NCBI GenBank assembly: GCA_041497895.1
Contig: JBGQHJ010000024.1
Location: forward strand, 1-42,134
DNA from: Candidatus Methylomirabilia bacterium
GTDB taxonomy: Bacteria > Methylomirabilota > Methylomirabilia > Rokubacteriales > CSP1-6
DNA: 42,134 nt
Reading direction: 5' to 3'
Positions 17,937 through 27,186 of this stretch are shown piece after piece (the stretch's first letter is position 1; each line of letters begins with the position of its first letter). The notes beneath the pieces are model-generated. The model was not told the origin of the DNA and ran no database searches. It was given only the letters and a program-made list of their open reading frames with translations. The position numbers and the translations under genes were made by a program.

Positions 17937-18281
17937 ATGATGCTCACAGAGCGCACCACTGGCACGACGCTTCGACTGCTCGTCGGGTCGGGCTACCGTC
18001 GCGAGAGCAGCTCCATGCCCTCGGACTCGCAGATCGCCCACGCCCTCTTCGACGCGCAGAGCGCTCCGAGCCTGCCGTCGCGGAAGAGCTTCGACGAGAT
18101 CCTGTTCATGGGCCAGCAGAGCTCCGGCTGGACGCAGGTGTTCAAGCAGCTGAAGTCGGAAGGCCTGATCGAGGAGCAGACGCTGGGGCACGTGGTGGCG
18201 CGGTGGACGAACCGCACGCTCCGCACCCGGCGGCCTTACCTCGCTCACGCCGACGTCGAGACGGTCGGCGCCTCCGCCTAG
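17937..18281 (+). CDS. Hypothetical protein (about 114 aa)
   Basis: GGAGG RBS before ATG 17937, GC3-rich codons, ends convergent with the GT4 gene. No family recognised. Confidence 0.6.
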   Translation: MMLTERTTGTTLRLLVGSGYRRESSSMPSDSQIAHALFDAQSAPSLPSRKSFDEILFMGQQSSGWTQVFKQLKSEGLIEEQTLGHVVARWTNRTLRTRRPYLAHADVETVGASA

Positions 18282-18299
18282 TCCGCTTCCACTCCGGCG

Positions 18300-19319
18300 C
18301 TACCGCGCGGCCAGCAATGCCTCGAGCCGCGCGGTAGCGCGCTCCCAGTCAAACTGAGTCGTCACGAAGTCCTGCCCACCCCGGGCGAGTCGCCGTCGCA
18401 GCTCCGCATCCTCCACCAGCCTCGAGAGCCCCCACGCCAGCGCGTCCACGTCCCGCCGGGGGGCCACTACCGCGGTGCGGCCGTCGATCGCGTAGTCGCG
18501 GCAGCCACCGTTGTCGTAGGTGCAGAGCGCCGCCCCGCAGGCCATCGCCTCCATGGCGGGCATGCCGAGCCCCTCGTCCCAAGACGGGCAGAGATAGATC
18601 GGACAGCGGCTGTAGAGCCACGCCAGGCGCTCCTGGGGCAGGTTCTCGTGGAACTCGGAGAACGGGAGCTTGCGCGGCGGCCGTTTCACGCCGAAGCCCA
18701 CCAGTCGCAGCTCGGAATGCCGGGCCCGCACCCGGGCGAAGGCCTCGAGGCCGTCGACCACCCCCTTCCACGGGTACTCGTGGAAGAGCATCAGCACCCG
18801 GAGCTTGCCGTCCTCCTCGGCGGGAACCGGGTGGAACAGGCCCGGCTCGACCGGGGTGACCACGACCGCGGCCGGGGTGTCGAACCGCTCGGCCATCATG
18901 TCGGCCAGCCACGTCGAGATCACGATCTTCCGCAGGGGGGCGCGGTAGGTGGCGTCCACCCGCTCCGGCTCGCCGTGGTAGAGGCTCTCGTAGTGCTGGA
19001 TGAAGTAGAACTTCCGCCCGCAGCGCGGCGGAGCCGCCGCCGCCGTCTCCACCGACTGCCACGAGGTGGCGACCACCACGTCTCCCTCGGGCACGCCGGC
19101 CGCGCTCCACTCCGGCACCCAGCGGATCCGCGCCTCGAGCCCCGGCATCCAGTCGGGCCCGCGGTGCAGCCGGTTGCGCCACCAGGCGGTCAGCGTCCCC
19201 TTCACCGGCACCAGCACCGTCACCTCGTGGCCCCGGCGGGCGAGGCGGTCGGCGTGGATCAGGATCGCCCGCACCCCGCCCGCGATGCGGAGATGCGGGC
19301 AGAGGAAGGTGATCTTCAT
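18300..19319 (-). CDS. Glycosyltransferase family 4 (GT-B)
   Basis: N-terminal AGGVR, VVATSW, FIQHYE and the GT4 motif EGLGMPAMEAMACG. Confidence 0.9.
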   Translation of the reverse strand: MKITFLCPHLRIAGGVRAILIHADRLARRGHEVTVLVPVKGTLTAWWRNRLHRGPDWMPGLEARIRWVPEWSAAGVPEGDVVVATSWQSVETAAAAPPRCGRKFYFIQHYESLYHGEPERVDATYRAPLRKIVISTWLADMMAERFDTPAAVVVTPVEPGLFHPVPAEEDGKLRVLMLFHEYPWKGVVDGLEAFARVRARHSELRLVGFGVKRPPRKLPFSEFHENLPQERLAWLYSRCPIYLCPSWDEGLGMPAMEAMACGAALCTYDNGGCRDYAIDGRTAVVAPRRDVDALAWGLSRLVEDAELRRRLARGGQDFVTTQFDWERATARLEALLAAR

Positions 19320-20968
19320 ATGGCCATGGACACCTGGCCGGTGCGGCGGTAGGCGGCCGGGTCCAGGACCACGTTGATGCAGTAGACCTCGCCCGAGCCG
19401 AGGGCGCGGTCGAGCGCGGGGCGGAGCTGGGCCGGCTCGGTCACGTGGATCCCCTTGCCCCCGAGCGCCTCGACCATCCGGTCGTAGCGCGTGAACGGCA
19501 GAGAAGTCGCCACCGAGCGCTCCGCCCCGAAGAACGACAGCTGCGGGTTACGGATCTGGCCCCAGCCCCCGTCGTTGCCGATCACCACGGTCATCGGCAG
19601 CTTGAAGCGCACCGCGGTCTCGATCTCCATGCCGTTGAGCCCGAAGGCCCCGTCACCCGCGATCAGGAGGACCCGCTGATCGGGTCGCAGCAGCTTGGCC
19701 GCGATGGCGAACGACGGGCCTACCCCGAGGCAGCCGAACGGGCCCGGGTCGAGCCACTGGCCGGCCCGGGAGAGCGCCACGATCTTCGACGCGCACCCGA
19801 CCACGTCGCCGCCGTCGCCGACCACGGTGGTGCCGGCGTCCACCACCGCTGCGATCTCGTGGGCGAGCCGGTAGTGACTGATCGGCACGTCGTCGGACCG
19901 CCGCTCGGCCATGAGCCGCGCCTGGGCGTCGTCCTCCTTCTTCCGCACCGCGCCCCGCCAGCGCTCGAAGCGCGCGGCCAGGTCGCGTGGCAGGGCATCG
20001 GCCAGGGCCCGCAGCGTCAACCCGATGTGGCTGGTGAGTCCCACCGCCAGCGGGCGGTTGCGCCCCAGCTCGACCGGATCGCAGTCCACCATGGCCACCT
20101 GGACGCTCTCGGCGAAGGACGGGGCCCGACCGTAGCCCAGCCGGAAGTCGAGCGGGGTGCCGAGCACCAGCACCACGTCCGCCTGGCCCAGCGCGAAGCC
20201 GCGCGCCTGGGCGAATGCCTGCGGATGGTCGTGCGGAAGGCAGCCCCGGCCCGCACCGTTCGTGAACACCGGCACCCCGGCGCGGTCGGCCAGCGCACGT
20301 AGATCCGCGGCCGCGTCGTCCCAGTAGACCCCGCTGCCTGCCATGATCACCGGGCGCTCCGCGCGCGCCAGCAGCGCGGCCAGCTCCTGGACCGACGCCT
20401 CGTCCGGCGCGGTGGGCCGCCGGTGCGCGTAGCCGGTCGGGATCGGCGCCAGCCGATCCTCGACCGTGGTCATCAGCAGATCGACCGGGATCTCGACGAA
20501 GACCGGCCCCGGCCGCCCGGTGAGCGCGTGCCGGATGGCGGTGGTGAGCACTTCGGGAATCTGGCGCGTCTCCGACACCGTCCACGAGCCCTTGGTGATC
20601 GGCCGCAGGAGATCGACTTGCTCGACTTCCTGCAGCGACCCGAGCCCGCGCAACCCGAGTGGCGCCGCGCCCCCGATCAGCAGCACGGGGCTGCGGGCGG
20701 AGTGGGCGTTGGCGACGCCGGTCACCGCGTCGGTGACGCCCGGCCCCGCGGTGACCAGCGCCACCCCGATGTTCCGGGTCAGGCGCGCGTAGGCGTCCGC
20801 GGCGTGCGCGCAGGCCTGCTCGTGGCGCATGTCGACGACCCGCACGCCCTCGGTGATGCAGCCGTCGTAGATCGGCAGGATGTGGCCGCCGCACAGCGTG
20901 AACACGTGCCCCACGCCCGCCTGCCGGAGCGTGCGCGCGACCAGGTGCCCGCCGTTCAGATCCGCCAC
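19316..20968 (-). CDS. ThDP-dependent enzyme, acetolactate synthase-like / 2-hydroxyacyl-CoA lyase-like
   Basis: FTLCGGHI, RHEQ, TAGPG, LDPGPFGCLGVG and the ThDP motif GDGAFG...ND. Confidence 0.9.
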   Translation of the reverse strand: MADLNGGHLVARTLRQAGVGHVFTLCGGHILPIYDGCITEGVRVVDMRHEQACAHAADAYARLTRNIGVALVTAGPGVTDAVTGVANAHSARSPVLLIGGAAPLGLRGLGSLQEVEQVDLLRPITKGSWTVSETRQIPEVLTTAIRHALTGRPGPVFVEIPVDLLMTTVEDRLAPIPTGYAHRRPTAPDEASVQELAALLARAERPVIMAGSGVYWDDAAADLRALADRAGVPVFTNGAGRGCLPHDHPQAFAQARGFALGQADVVLVLGTPLDFRLGYGRAPSFAESVQVAMVDCDPVELGRNRPLAVGLTSHIGLTLRALADALPRDLAARFERWRGAVRKKEDDAQARLMAERRSDDVPISHYRLAHEIAAVVDAGTTVVGDGGDVVGCASKIVALSRAGQWLDPGPFGCLGVGPSFAIAAKLLRPDQRVLLIAGDGAFGLNGMEIETAVRFKLPMTVVIGNDGGWGQIRNPQLSFFGAERSVATSLPFTRYDRMVEALGGKGIHVTEPAQLRPALDRALGSGEVYCINVVLDPAAYRRTGQVSMAI

Positions 20969-20969
20969 G

Positions 20970-21386
20970 CTAGTCGCCCGGCCCGCTCGGGATGTGCACG
21001 ACCTCGAGCTTCAGCCGGTCCGGGTCCTCGAAGAAGACCGCGTAGTAGCCGGGCCGGTACTCCGGGAACTCGCGCGGCGTCTCGTAGAGCGGCGCGAGCC
21101 GATTTGGCACCATGAACTCGTCGCGGAAGCGCTCCACCTCCTCCCGCCGCTCCACGCGGAACGCCACGTGGTTGAGGCCCGGCCGCTTGCGGTGGAAGCC
21201 GTGGCCGGCGTGAACCGGCGCGGCCGCGAGCACCCAGATGTCCGCCCCGCGCCCCGAGAAGCCGGCCACGGTGTCGGTCTCGTAGACGGTGCGGTACTCG
21301 AGGTAGCCGAGGAGGGCCTTGTAGAACGGGAGCGAGCGGGAGGCGTCGCGGACGTTGATCTGCACGTGGTAGACCTGGGCCTTCAC
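20970..21386 (-). CDS. VOC/glyoxalase family protein
   Basis: GTG 21386 overlaps the upstream stop. Contains HVQINV, GLNHVAF and YYAVFFEDPDRLKLE. Confidence 0.88.
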   Translation of the reverse strand: MKAQVYHVQINVRDASRSLPFYKALLGYLEYRTVYETDTVAGFSGRGADIWVLAAAPVHAGHGFHRKRPGLNHVAFRVERREEVERFRDEFMVPNRLAPLYETPREFPEYRPGYYAVFFEDPDRLKLEVVHIPSGPGD

Positions 21387-22084
21387 CAGAACTTCTCCCA
21401 CTTCACGCTCTTGCGGTCCATGCCTTTCTTCGCGAGCACGTCCCGCACCCGGTTGATGGTCTCCCCGCCCCCGCAGACGTAGACCACCAAGCGGTCGACC
21501 CCATACACGAGACGGTCGACCGCCTCCGCGGGCTCGCCCTTGTCGCCACGCCAGGTCGCGGGCGGCTCGCGCAGCACCGGCAGGTAGGAGAAGCCGGGAT
21601 AGCGCCGCGCGAGCGAGCGGAAGTCGGCGTCGTAGACGAGCCAGCCCGGGTTGCGGGCCCAGTAGATGAGCGCGGTGGGTCGCCCGTAGCCGGTCTCGTA
21701 GAGGTGGCGCAGGATCGAACGTACCGGCACGATCCCGATCTCCTCGGCCACGAAGACGGCGCGCCGCGTGTCGGCGCGGTTGAAGACGAAGCCGCCCGTC
21801 GGCCCCTTGAAGCGGACCGGATCGCCCGGCTGGAGGCCCCGCACCCACTGCGAGCCGATGCCGCCCGGGGCCACGTCGATCGACAGGGTGAAGACGCCCT
21901 TGCGGGTGGGCGAGGAGACCATGCTCCAGGCCCGGACGTTCTTCGGCCCGAACGGCACCGAGATCCACTGCCCGGCGTCGAACGTGAAGTCGGCGGGCTC
22001 GATCACCGCGAGATCGATCTCGATGATCTCGGGGGTGATCGCCCGCAGGGCGGTCACGTTCGCCCGGCACTCCCGCGGCTTCAT
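21383..22084 (-). CDS. Ferredoxin-NADP reductase-like FAD-binding oxidoreductase
   Basis: ATG 22084 (ATGA overlap). Contains FDAGQW, RAWSMVS, GPTGGF, YVCGG and terminal EKFW. Confidence 0.85.
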   Translation of the reverse strand: MKPRECRANVTALRAITPEIIEIDLAVIEPADFTFDAGQWISVPFGPKNVRAWSMVSSPTRKGVFTLSIDVAPGGIGSQWVRGLQPGDPVRFKGPTGGFVFNRADTRRAVFVAEEIGIVPVRSILRHLYETGYGRPTALIYWARNPGWLVYDADFRSLARRYPGFSYLPVLREPPATWRGDKGEPAEAVDRLVYGVDRLVVYVCGGGETINRVRDVLAKKGMDRKSVKWEKFW

Positions 22085-23034
22085 CGCGGCTGGAATCGCG
22101 GGATGATCTCGCTCGCGATCGTCTCGAGCTGCGCCGCCTCGTCCGCGAGATCGCCGATGGGGTTCATCACGAAGTAGCCGCAGCCCGCCTGCCGGAAGCG
22201 GTCGATCTGCTCGCCGCACTGCTCGGGGGTGCCGATGACGCCGTACTTGCGCGCGAGCGGGCCGAAGTCCTGCGCGTAGCGATTGGACAGGATGCGCACC
22301 CAGGTGCGCTCCGCGCTCTCGTAGTCGCGCCCGACCGTGACGAAGGTGAGGTGCGCGGCCACGAAGCCGTCCAGGCTGCGCCCCACCTCCTCCGCCGCCC
22401 GCCGGATCTTGGCCAGGCTCTGGGCGTAGCGCTCCGGCTGCACCACGTAGGAGACCCAGCCGTCGCCCTGGCGCCCGGCCCGGGCCAGCGCCGCGTCGGA
22501 GCGGCCGCCGATCCAGATGGGTGGGCCGGGCCGCTGGGCCGGCTTGGGATCGATGCTCACCCCCTCGAACCGGGTGAAGCGCCCCTCGAAGGAGGCCGGG
22601 GTGTCGCGCCACAGGGTCCGCACCACGTCGATGCCCTCGGTCACGCGGGCGCCGCGCTCCCGGTGAGGCACCCCGCAGGCCTCGAACTCCTTCGGGTTCT
22701 CGCCACCCACCCCCACCCCGAAGATCAACCGGCCGCCGCAGAGCGCATCGAGGGTGGACGTGATCTTGGCCACCACGGTGGGCTGGCGGAGGGCCAGCAG
22801 GTAGACGCCGCTCCCGAGCTTGATCCGCCGGGTGATGCCGGCGTAGGACGCGAGCAGCGTCAGCGACTCGTAGAGCGGGTTGTGGAACGACACGTGATCG
22901 CCCGTCCACAGCGAGTCGAGCCCGAGCGCCTCGCAGCGTCGGGCCAGGGCGAACTGCTCCTCCGGCGGGTGCATGGACAGGAACGCGCCGAATGCCGGGC
23001 GAGCTGCAGCCGAAGGCGAGGCGAGCGAATCCAT
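22081..23034 (-). CDS. LLM class flavin- or F420-dependent oxidoreductase
   Basis: LDSLWTGDH, LGSGVYLLALRQP, GGRLIFGVGVGGE and PPIWIGG. Start at 23034 is approximate. Confidence 0.88.
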   Translation of the reverse strand: MDSLASPSAAARPAFGAFLSMHPPEEQFALARRCEALGLDSLWTGDHVSFHNPLYESLTLLASYAGITRRIKLGSGVYLLALRQPTVVAKITSTLDALCGGRLIFGVGVGGENPKEFEACGVPHRERGARVTEGIDVVRTLWRDTPASFEGRFTRFEGVSIDPKPAQRPGPPIWIGGRSDAALARAGRQGDGWVSYVVQPERYAQSLAKIRRAAEEVGRSLDGFVAAHLTFVTVGRDYESAERTWVRILSNRYAQDFGPLARKYGVIGTPEQCGEQIDRFRQAGCGYFVMNPIGDLADEAAQLETIASEIIPRFQPR

Positions 23035-23042
23035 GATCGCGC

Positions 23043-25103
23043 TTACCTCGGGAAGGCGTCCTTGACGCCCCCGTCCACCGTGATCGTGCACCCGGTGGTC
23101 TTGGCCGACCGGTCCGAGGCCAGGAACAGCACCGCCTCCGCCACGTCCTCGGGCAGGATCGGCCGGGCCAGGATGTTGCGCTTGCGGTAGAAGTCCTCGA
23201 GCTCGTCCACCGTGATGCCCTGGGCCCGCGCGCGCTCGCGCCGGACGTCCTCCGACCAGAGCTTGGAGTCGCGGAAGACCGCGTCCGGGTTCACGATGTT
23301 CGAGCGGATGCCGTCGGGGCCGCCCTCCAGCGCGAGCACCTTGGCGAGCTGTGCCTCCGCCGCCTTCGAGGCCGAGTACGCGGAGAAGTCCTTGCCGGGC
23401 GACATCACGTTCTTGGTCGCGACGAAGACGAAGGCGCCGCCGAGGCCCTGGGCCTTCAGCACCCGCATGCCCTCGCGCGCCACCAGGAAGTGGCCGGTCG
23501 CGTTGACCGCGAACGAGCGCTCCCAGTCCGCGAGCTCCATCCGGTCCACCGGCGCGGAGTGCGCGGTGCCCGCGTTGGACACCACGATGTCGACGCCGCC
23601 GTACGCCAGCACCGCCTCCTCGAAGGCGGCCCGCACCGAGGTCTCGCTCGTGACGTCCATGCCGAGGCCGACCGCCCGCCCCGCCCCGTGGGCGCCCGCG
23701 ATCTCCTCGGCCGCCTTGCGCGCCCCCGCCGCGTCGAGATCGCCCACCACCACGTGGGCGCCCTCGGCGGCCAGCCGCTGGGCCGTGGCGCGCCCGATGC
23801 CGCTCGCGCCGCCGGTGACGAGCGCGACGCGCCGGGCCAGCTCCTTCTCGGGCGGGGCCAGCGAGAGCTTGTAGAGCTCGAGGGGCCAGTACTCCACGTC
23901 GAAGGCGTCGCGCGCCGAGAGCGAGACGTAGCCGCCGAACGCGGTGGCGGCGCCCAGCACCGAGATCGTGTGGTGGTAGATGTCGTCCACGATCCCGGCG
24001 GTACGCCGGTCCTTGCCGGTGGCGAAGAGCCCGAGCCCGCCCACGACGACCACGCGCGGGAACGGATCGGTGAGCTTGGCCCCTCCCGTGTTGTGGGCCT
24101 CGAAGTACGCGGTGTAGTCGGTCACGAAGCGCTCGACCGCCGCGGCGACACCGGCCCGGACCGCCTCGGGATCCGACGGGTCGGCGACCGGCGCGAAGCA
24201 CGGCAGCCGCTTGGTGAAGATCGTGTGGTCCGGGGTCGCGGGGCCGATCCGGCAGAGGGCGTCGGCCTCGCGCGAGGCCGCGAACTCGAGCACGTCCGGC
24301 GCGTCGTCGAAGAAGAGCACCTGCCGCCGGCTCTTGCCGACCAGCCCGCGCAGATGCGGCGCCACCGCGAGGGCGATCCGCCGCCGGGTCTCCGCGGACG
24401 GGCTCGTCAGCGCCACGCCCCCGAACCGCACGCGCCCCTTCGCGCGGTGGGCGATCGCCTCCTCGGCCCGCCTGATCAGCTCGATCGTGGCCTCGTAGGC
24501 CTCCTTCACCGAGCCGCCCCAGCAGATCGTCCCGTGCTTCTCGAGCAGGATCGCGCGCGCCTTCGGGTGCGCCGCGAACACCCCCGCCACCTCGCGGGAG
24601 ATCAGGAACCCGGGCCGGCGGTAGGACAGCGCGATGACCTCGTCGCCGTACACCTCCCGGAGCACGTCGCGGCTCCGGTCGTTGTTGGTGAGCGAGACGA
24701 CCGCGTCGGCGTGGGTGTGGATCACCGCCGGCGCGGGCAGGAAGCCGTGCAGCAGCGTCTCGATGGACGGGCGCGGGCTCGCGGGCTCCTGCAGCGCGTG
24801 GGCGAGATAGTCCACCATCTCCTGGTCGCCCATGTCCTGGCGGTCGAGCAGCGCCAGCACGTCGTCCATCCGCACGCCCGGGAAGTCCTTCTTCTGGATG
24901 CTCTTGAGGTCGGACCCGCTGCCCTTCACCCGCAGCACGCGGGTGGGCCGGCCGCGGTGGTCGCGCTCGTCCTGCTTGATGGACGTGTTGCCCCCGCCCC
25001 AGACGACCAGGGTGGTCTCGGCCCCGATCAGGCGCGAGGCGTAGACGAGGAGATCGAGATCGCTCTTGCCCTGCGCGTCGGCGTCGCTCCAGCGGGAGTT
25101 CAT
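23043..25103 (-). CDS. Bifunctional class II aldolase / short-chain dehydrogenase (RhaEW-like)
   Basis: Start at ATG 25103. Aldolase domain: GGGNTS, KGSG, PSIETLLH, HTH, KHG, TPDH, YWPLE. SDR domain: TGGASGIG, SNAG, YSASK. Confidence 0.9.
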   Translation of the reverse strand: MNSRWSDADAQGKSDLDLLVYASRLIGAETTLVVWGGGNTSIKQDERDHRGRPTRVLRVKGSGSDLKSIQKKDFPGVRMDDVLALLDRQDMGDQEMVDYLAHALQEPASPRPSIETLLHGFLPAPAVIHTHADAVVSLTNNDRSRDVLREVYGDEVIALSYRRPGFLISREVAGVFAAHPKARAILLEKHGTICWGGSVKEAYEATIELIRRAEEAIAHRAKGRVRFGGVALTSPSAETRRRIALAVAPHLRGLVGKSRRQVLFFDDAPDVLEFAASREADALCRIGPATPDHTIFTKRLPCFAPVADPSDPEAVRAGVAAAVERFVTDYTAYFEAHNTGGAKLTDPFPRVVVVGGLGLFATGKDRRTAGIVDDIYHHTISVLGAATAFGGYVSLSARDAFDVEYWPLELYKLSLAPPEKELARRVALVTGGASGIGRATAQRLAAEGAHVVVGDLDAAGARKAAEEIAGAHGAGRAVGLGMDVTSETSVRAAFEEAVLAYGGVDIVVSNAGTAHSAPVDRMELADWERSFAVNATGHFLVAREGMRVLKAQGLGGAFVFVATKNVMSPGKDFSAYSASKAAEAQLAKVLALEGGPDGIRSNIVNPDAVFRDSKLWSEDVRRERARAQGITVDELEDFYRKRNILARPILPEDVAEAVLFLASDRSAKTTGCTITVDGGVKDAFPR

Positions 25104-25112
25104 CGCGCCCTC

Positions 25113-25141
25113 ACCATACCCGAATCGGCCATGGCGGTAAA
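25113..25141 (-). promoter_or_regulatory. Candidate sigma70 promoter of the rhaEW-like operon
   Basis: TTTACC-N17-TATGGT ending 9 nt upstream of ATG 25103. Confidence 0.5.
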
Positions 25142-25176
25142 GATTGCGGGACGCTATGTAGGGCGCGTGAGCGCGT

Positions 25177-25437
25177 GACTTCTGGCTCGACCGCAACAAG
25201 GTGACCACTCGCACCCCGCGGTGGACGTCTCTTGGCTCGAGCCCGGCGACCTCCGCCCGGCCGACGCCGGGCCCACCGGGGCGCCGGACCTGCTCGGCAA
25301 CCCGCGGGAGTGGACGGCCTCGGCCTACCGGCCCTACCCCTGCCGCCCCGGACGACCGGCGCGAGCGGGCCGTCCGCGACGCCGATTGCGTGGTCCGGGG
25401 CGCGAGCCAAGGCGACCCCCGGACGCACTGCGCGTGA
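25177..25437 (+). pseudogene. Degraded FGE-sulfatase (SUMF1/EgtB/PvdO-type) domain fragment
   Basis: Across two frames: DFWLDRNKVT ... DLLGNPREWTASAYRPYP ... DDRRE...CVVRGAS. These resemble the family motifs F.ID..EVT, DMxGNVWEW and RVxRGGS. No intact ORF. Confidence 0.65.
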
Positions 25438-25548
25438 CGATCCGGCGCCACTCCTCGTATGATGGGGGGCGTGGTGGGCTGGCCCGCGGCCACCACCACA
25501 CCGGCTTTCGCTGCGCCACCTCGGAGGACCTGGGAGGACGACGACGTC

Positions 25549-27177
25549 ATGAGAGGCCTGATGATGGACTACCCCCTCACCCTCACCCAGTTCTTCGAGC
25601 GCACGCGCCGGCTCTTCCACCGCAAGCGCATGGCGACGCGGGTCCCCGGCGTGGGCCTGCAGTGGTACACGTACGCGGACTACGCGGACCGGGTCTGCCG
25701 CCTGGCCGGCGCGCTGCGCGGCCTCGGCCTCGAGAAGGGCGCGCGGGTCGGCACCTTCGCCTGGAACTCGCACCGCCACATGGAGGTGTACTTCGCCGCG
25801 CCGCTGATGGGCATGGTGCTCCACACCGTGAACATCCGGCTCTCCGCGCAGGACATCACCTACATCGTCAACCACGCGGGCGACGAGGTGCTGATCGTCG
25901 ACGCGAGCCTCTGGCCCATCCTCGAGCCGATCCGGAAGGACCTCACCACCGTCAAGCACATCATCGTCATGAAGGACACGCCGGACGCGACGCTGCCCCC
26001 GGGCGCGCTCGACTACGAGCAGCTCGTGATGAGCACCGCCCCGGTCACCGAGTGGCCGCGCATCGAGGAGACCGACGCGGCCGGCATCTGCTACACCTCC
26101 GGCACCACCGGGCACCCCAAGGGCGTCGTCTACACCCACCGCGCGATCTATCTCCACTGCTTCGCCTCCTCCACGGTGGACGTGCTCGGCATCTGCGAGC
26201 GCGACGTGATCCTGCACATCGTGCCGATGTTCCACGCCAACGCCTGGTGCGTGCCGTTCGCGGGGGTCATGAACGGGGCGACCCAGATCTTCGGGGGGCC
26301 GAACCCGCAGCCGCGGGACATCATCGAGATCGTCCACCACGAGAAGGTCACCCTGGTGGGCGCGGTCCCGACGGTGTGGATCGCGATCCAGGCCATCCTC
26401 GAGAAGGAGCCGCAGTGGGACATCTCGTCGATCCGCTGCATCCCGATCGGCGGGTCGGCCGCCCCGCGGACCCTCATCGAGCTGTTCGACAAGAAGTACG
26501 GGGCCTACATGCTCCACGCGTGGGGCATGACCGAGATGACCCCGCTCGGCAGCGTCTGCCGGCCGCGCTCCTACATGGACGCGCTCACCGAGGACGAGCG
26601 CTACGCGGTGCGCGCCAAGCAGGGGGCGCCGGTGGCCGGCGTCGACATGAGGATCGTCGACGACGCCGGGAACGTGCTGCCGTGGGACGGGCGTAGCGCG
26701 GGCGAGATCCAGGTGCGCGGGCCCTGGGTGACCAGCGGGTACTACAACAACCCCGAGGGCGCGGCCCAGTTCACCGCGGACGGCTGGTTCCGGACCGGCG
26801 ACGTGGCCGCGCTCGATCCGGACGGCTACATCCAGATCACCGACCGCACCAAGGACCTGATCAAGTCGGGCGGGGAGTGGATCTCGAGCGTGGACATGGA
26901 GACCACGATCATGGGCCATCCGAAGGTCCTGGAGGCGGCGGTGATCGCGGTGCCGCACGAGCGCTGGGTGGAGCGACCGCTCGCCTGCGTCGTGCCCAAG
27001 CCCGAGCACCGGGGCAGCCTCACCACCGAGGAGATCTACGAGTACCTGAAACCCCGCGTGGCCAAGTGGTGGCTCCCGGACGAGATCGTCTTCATCGAGG
27101 CGGTGCCCAAGACCAGCGTGGGCAAGTTCGACAAGAAGGTCCTCCGCGACCGCTTCAAGACCTGGAAGCCGAGGTAG
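25549..27177 (+). CDS. Acyl-CoA synthetase (AMP-forming), medium/long-chain fatty acid-CoA ligase, AlkK/DmdB-like
   Basis: ATG 25549 with GGAGG RBS. Contains [41 protein letters not shown] and [11 protein letters not shown]. Confidence 0.93.
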   Translation: MRGLMMDYPLTLTQFFERTRRLFHRKRMATRVPGVGLQWYTYADYADRVCRLAGALRGLGLEKGARVGTFAWNSHRHMEVYFAAPLMGMVLHTVNIRLSAQDITYIVNHAGDEVLIVDASLWPILEPIRKDLTTVKHIIVMKDTPDATLPPGALDYEQLVMSTAPVTEWPRIEETDAAGICYTSGTTGHPKGVVYTHRAIYLHCFASSTVDVLGICERDVILHIVPMFHANAWCVPFAGVMNGATQIFGGPNPQPRDIIEIVHHEKVTLVGAVPTVWIAIQAILEKEPQWDISSIRCIPIGGSAAPRTLIELFDKKYGAYMLHAWGMTEMTPLGSVCRPRSYMDALTEDERYAVRAKQGAPVAGVDMRIVDDAGNVLPWDGRSAGEIQVRGPWVTSGYYNNPEGAAQFTADGWFRTGDVAALDPDGYIQITDRTKDLIKSGGEWISSVDMETTIMGHPKVLEAAVIAVPHERWVERPLACVVPKPEHRGSLTTEEIYEYLKPRVAKWWLPDEIVFIEAVPKTSVGKFDKKVLRDRFKTWKPR

Positions 27178-27186
27178 CCGGGCGGC

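Noticed and set aside
7057..24201. Apparent N-terminal fusions in the ORF track (e.g. 7057-8565, 12806-14800, 14014-15558, 16165-17466, 20970-22070, 22081-24201)
   Set aside because: The extensions are off-frame readings of the upstream gene. True starts lie at stop/start overlaps or just past the upstream stop.
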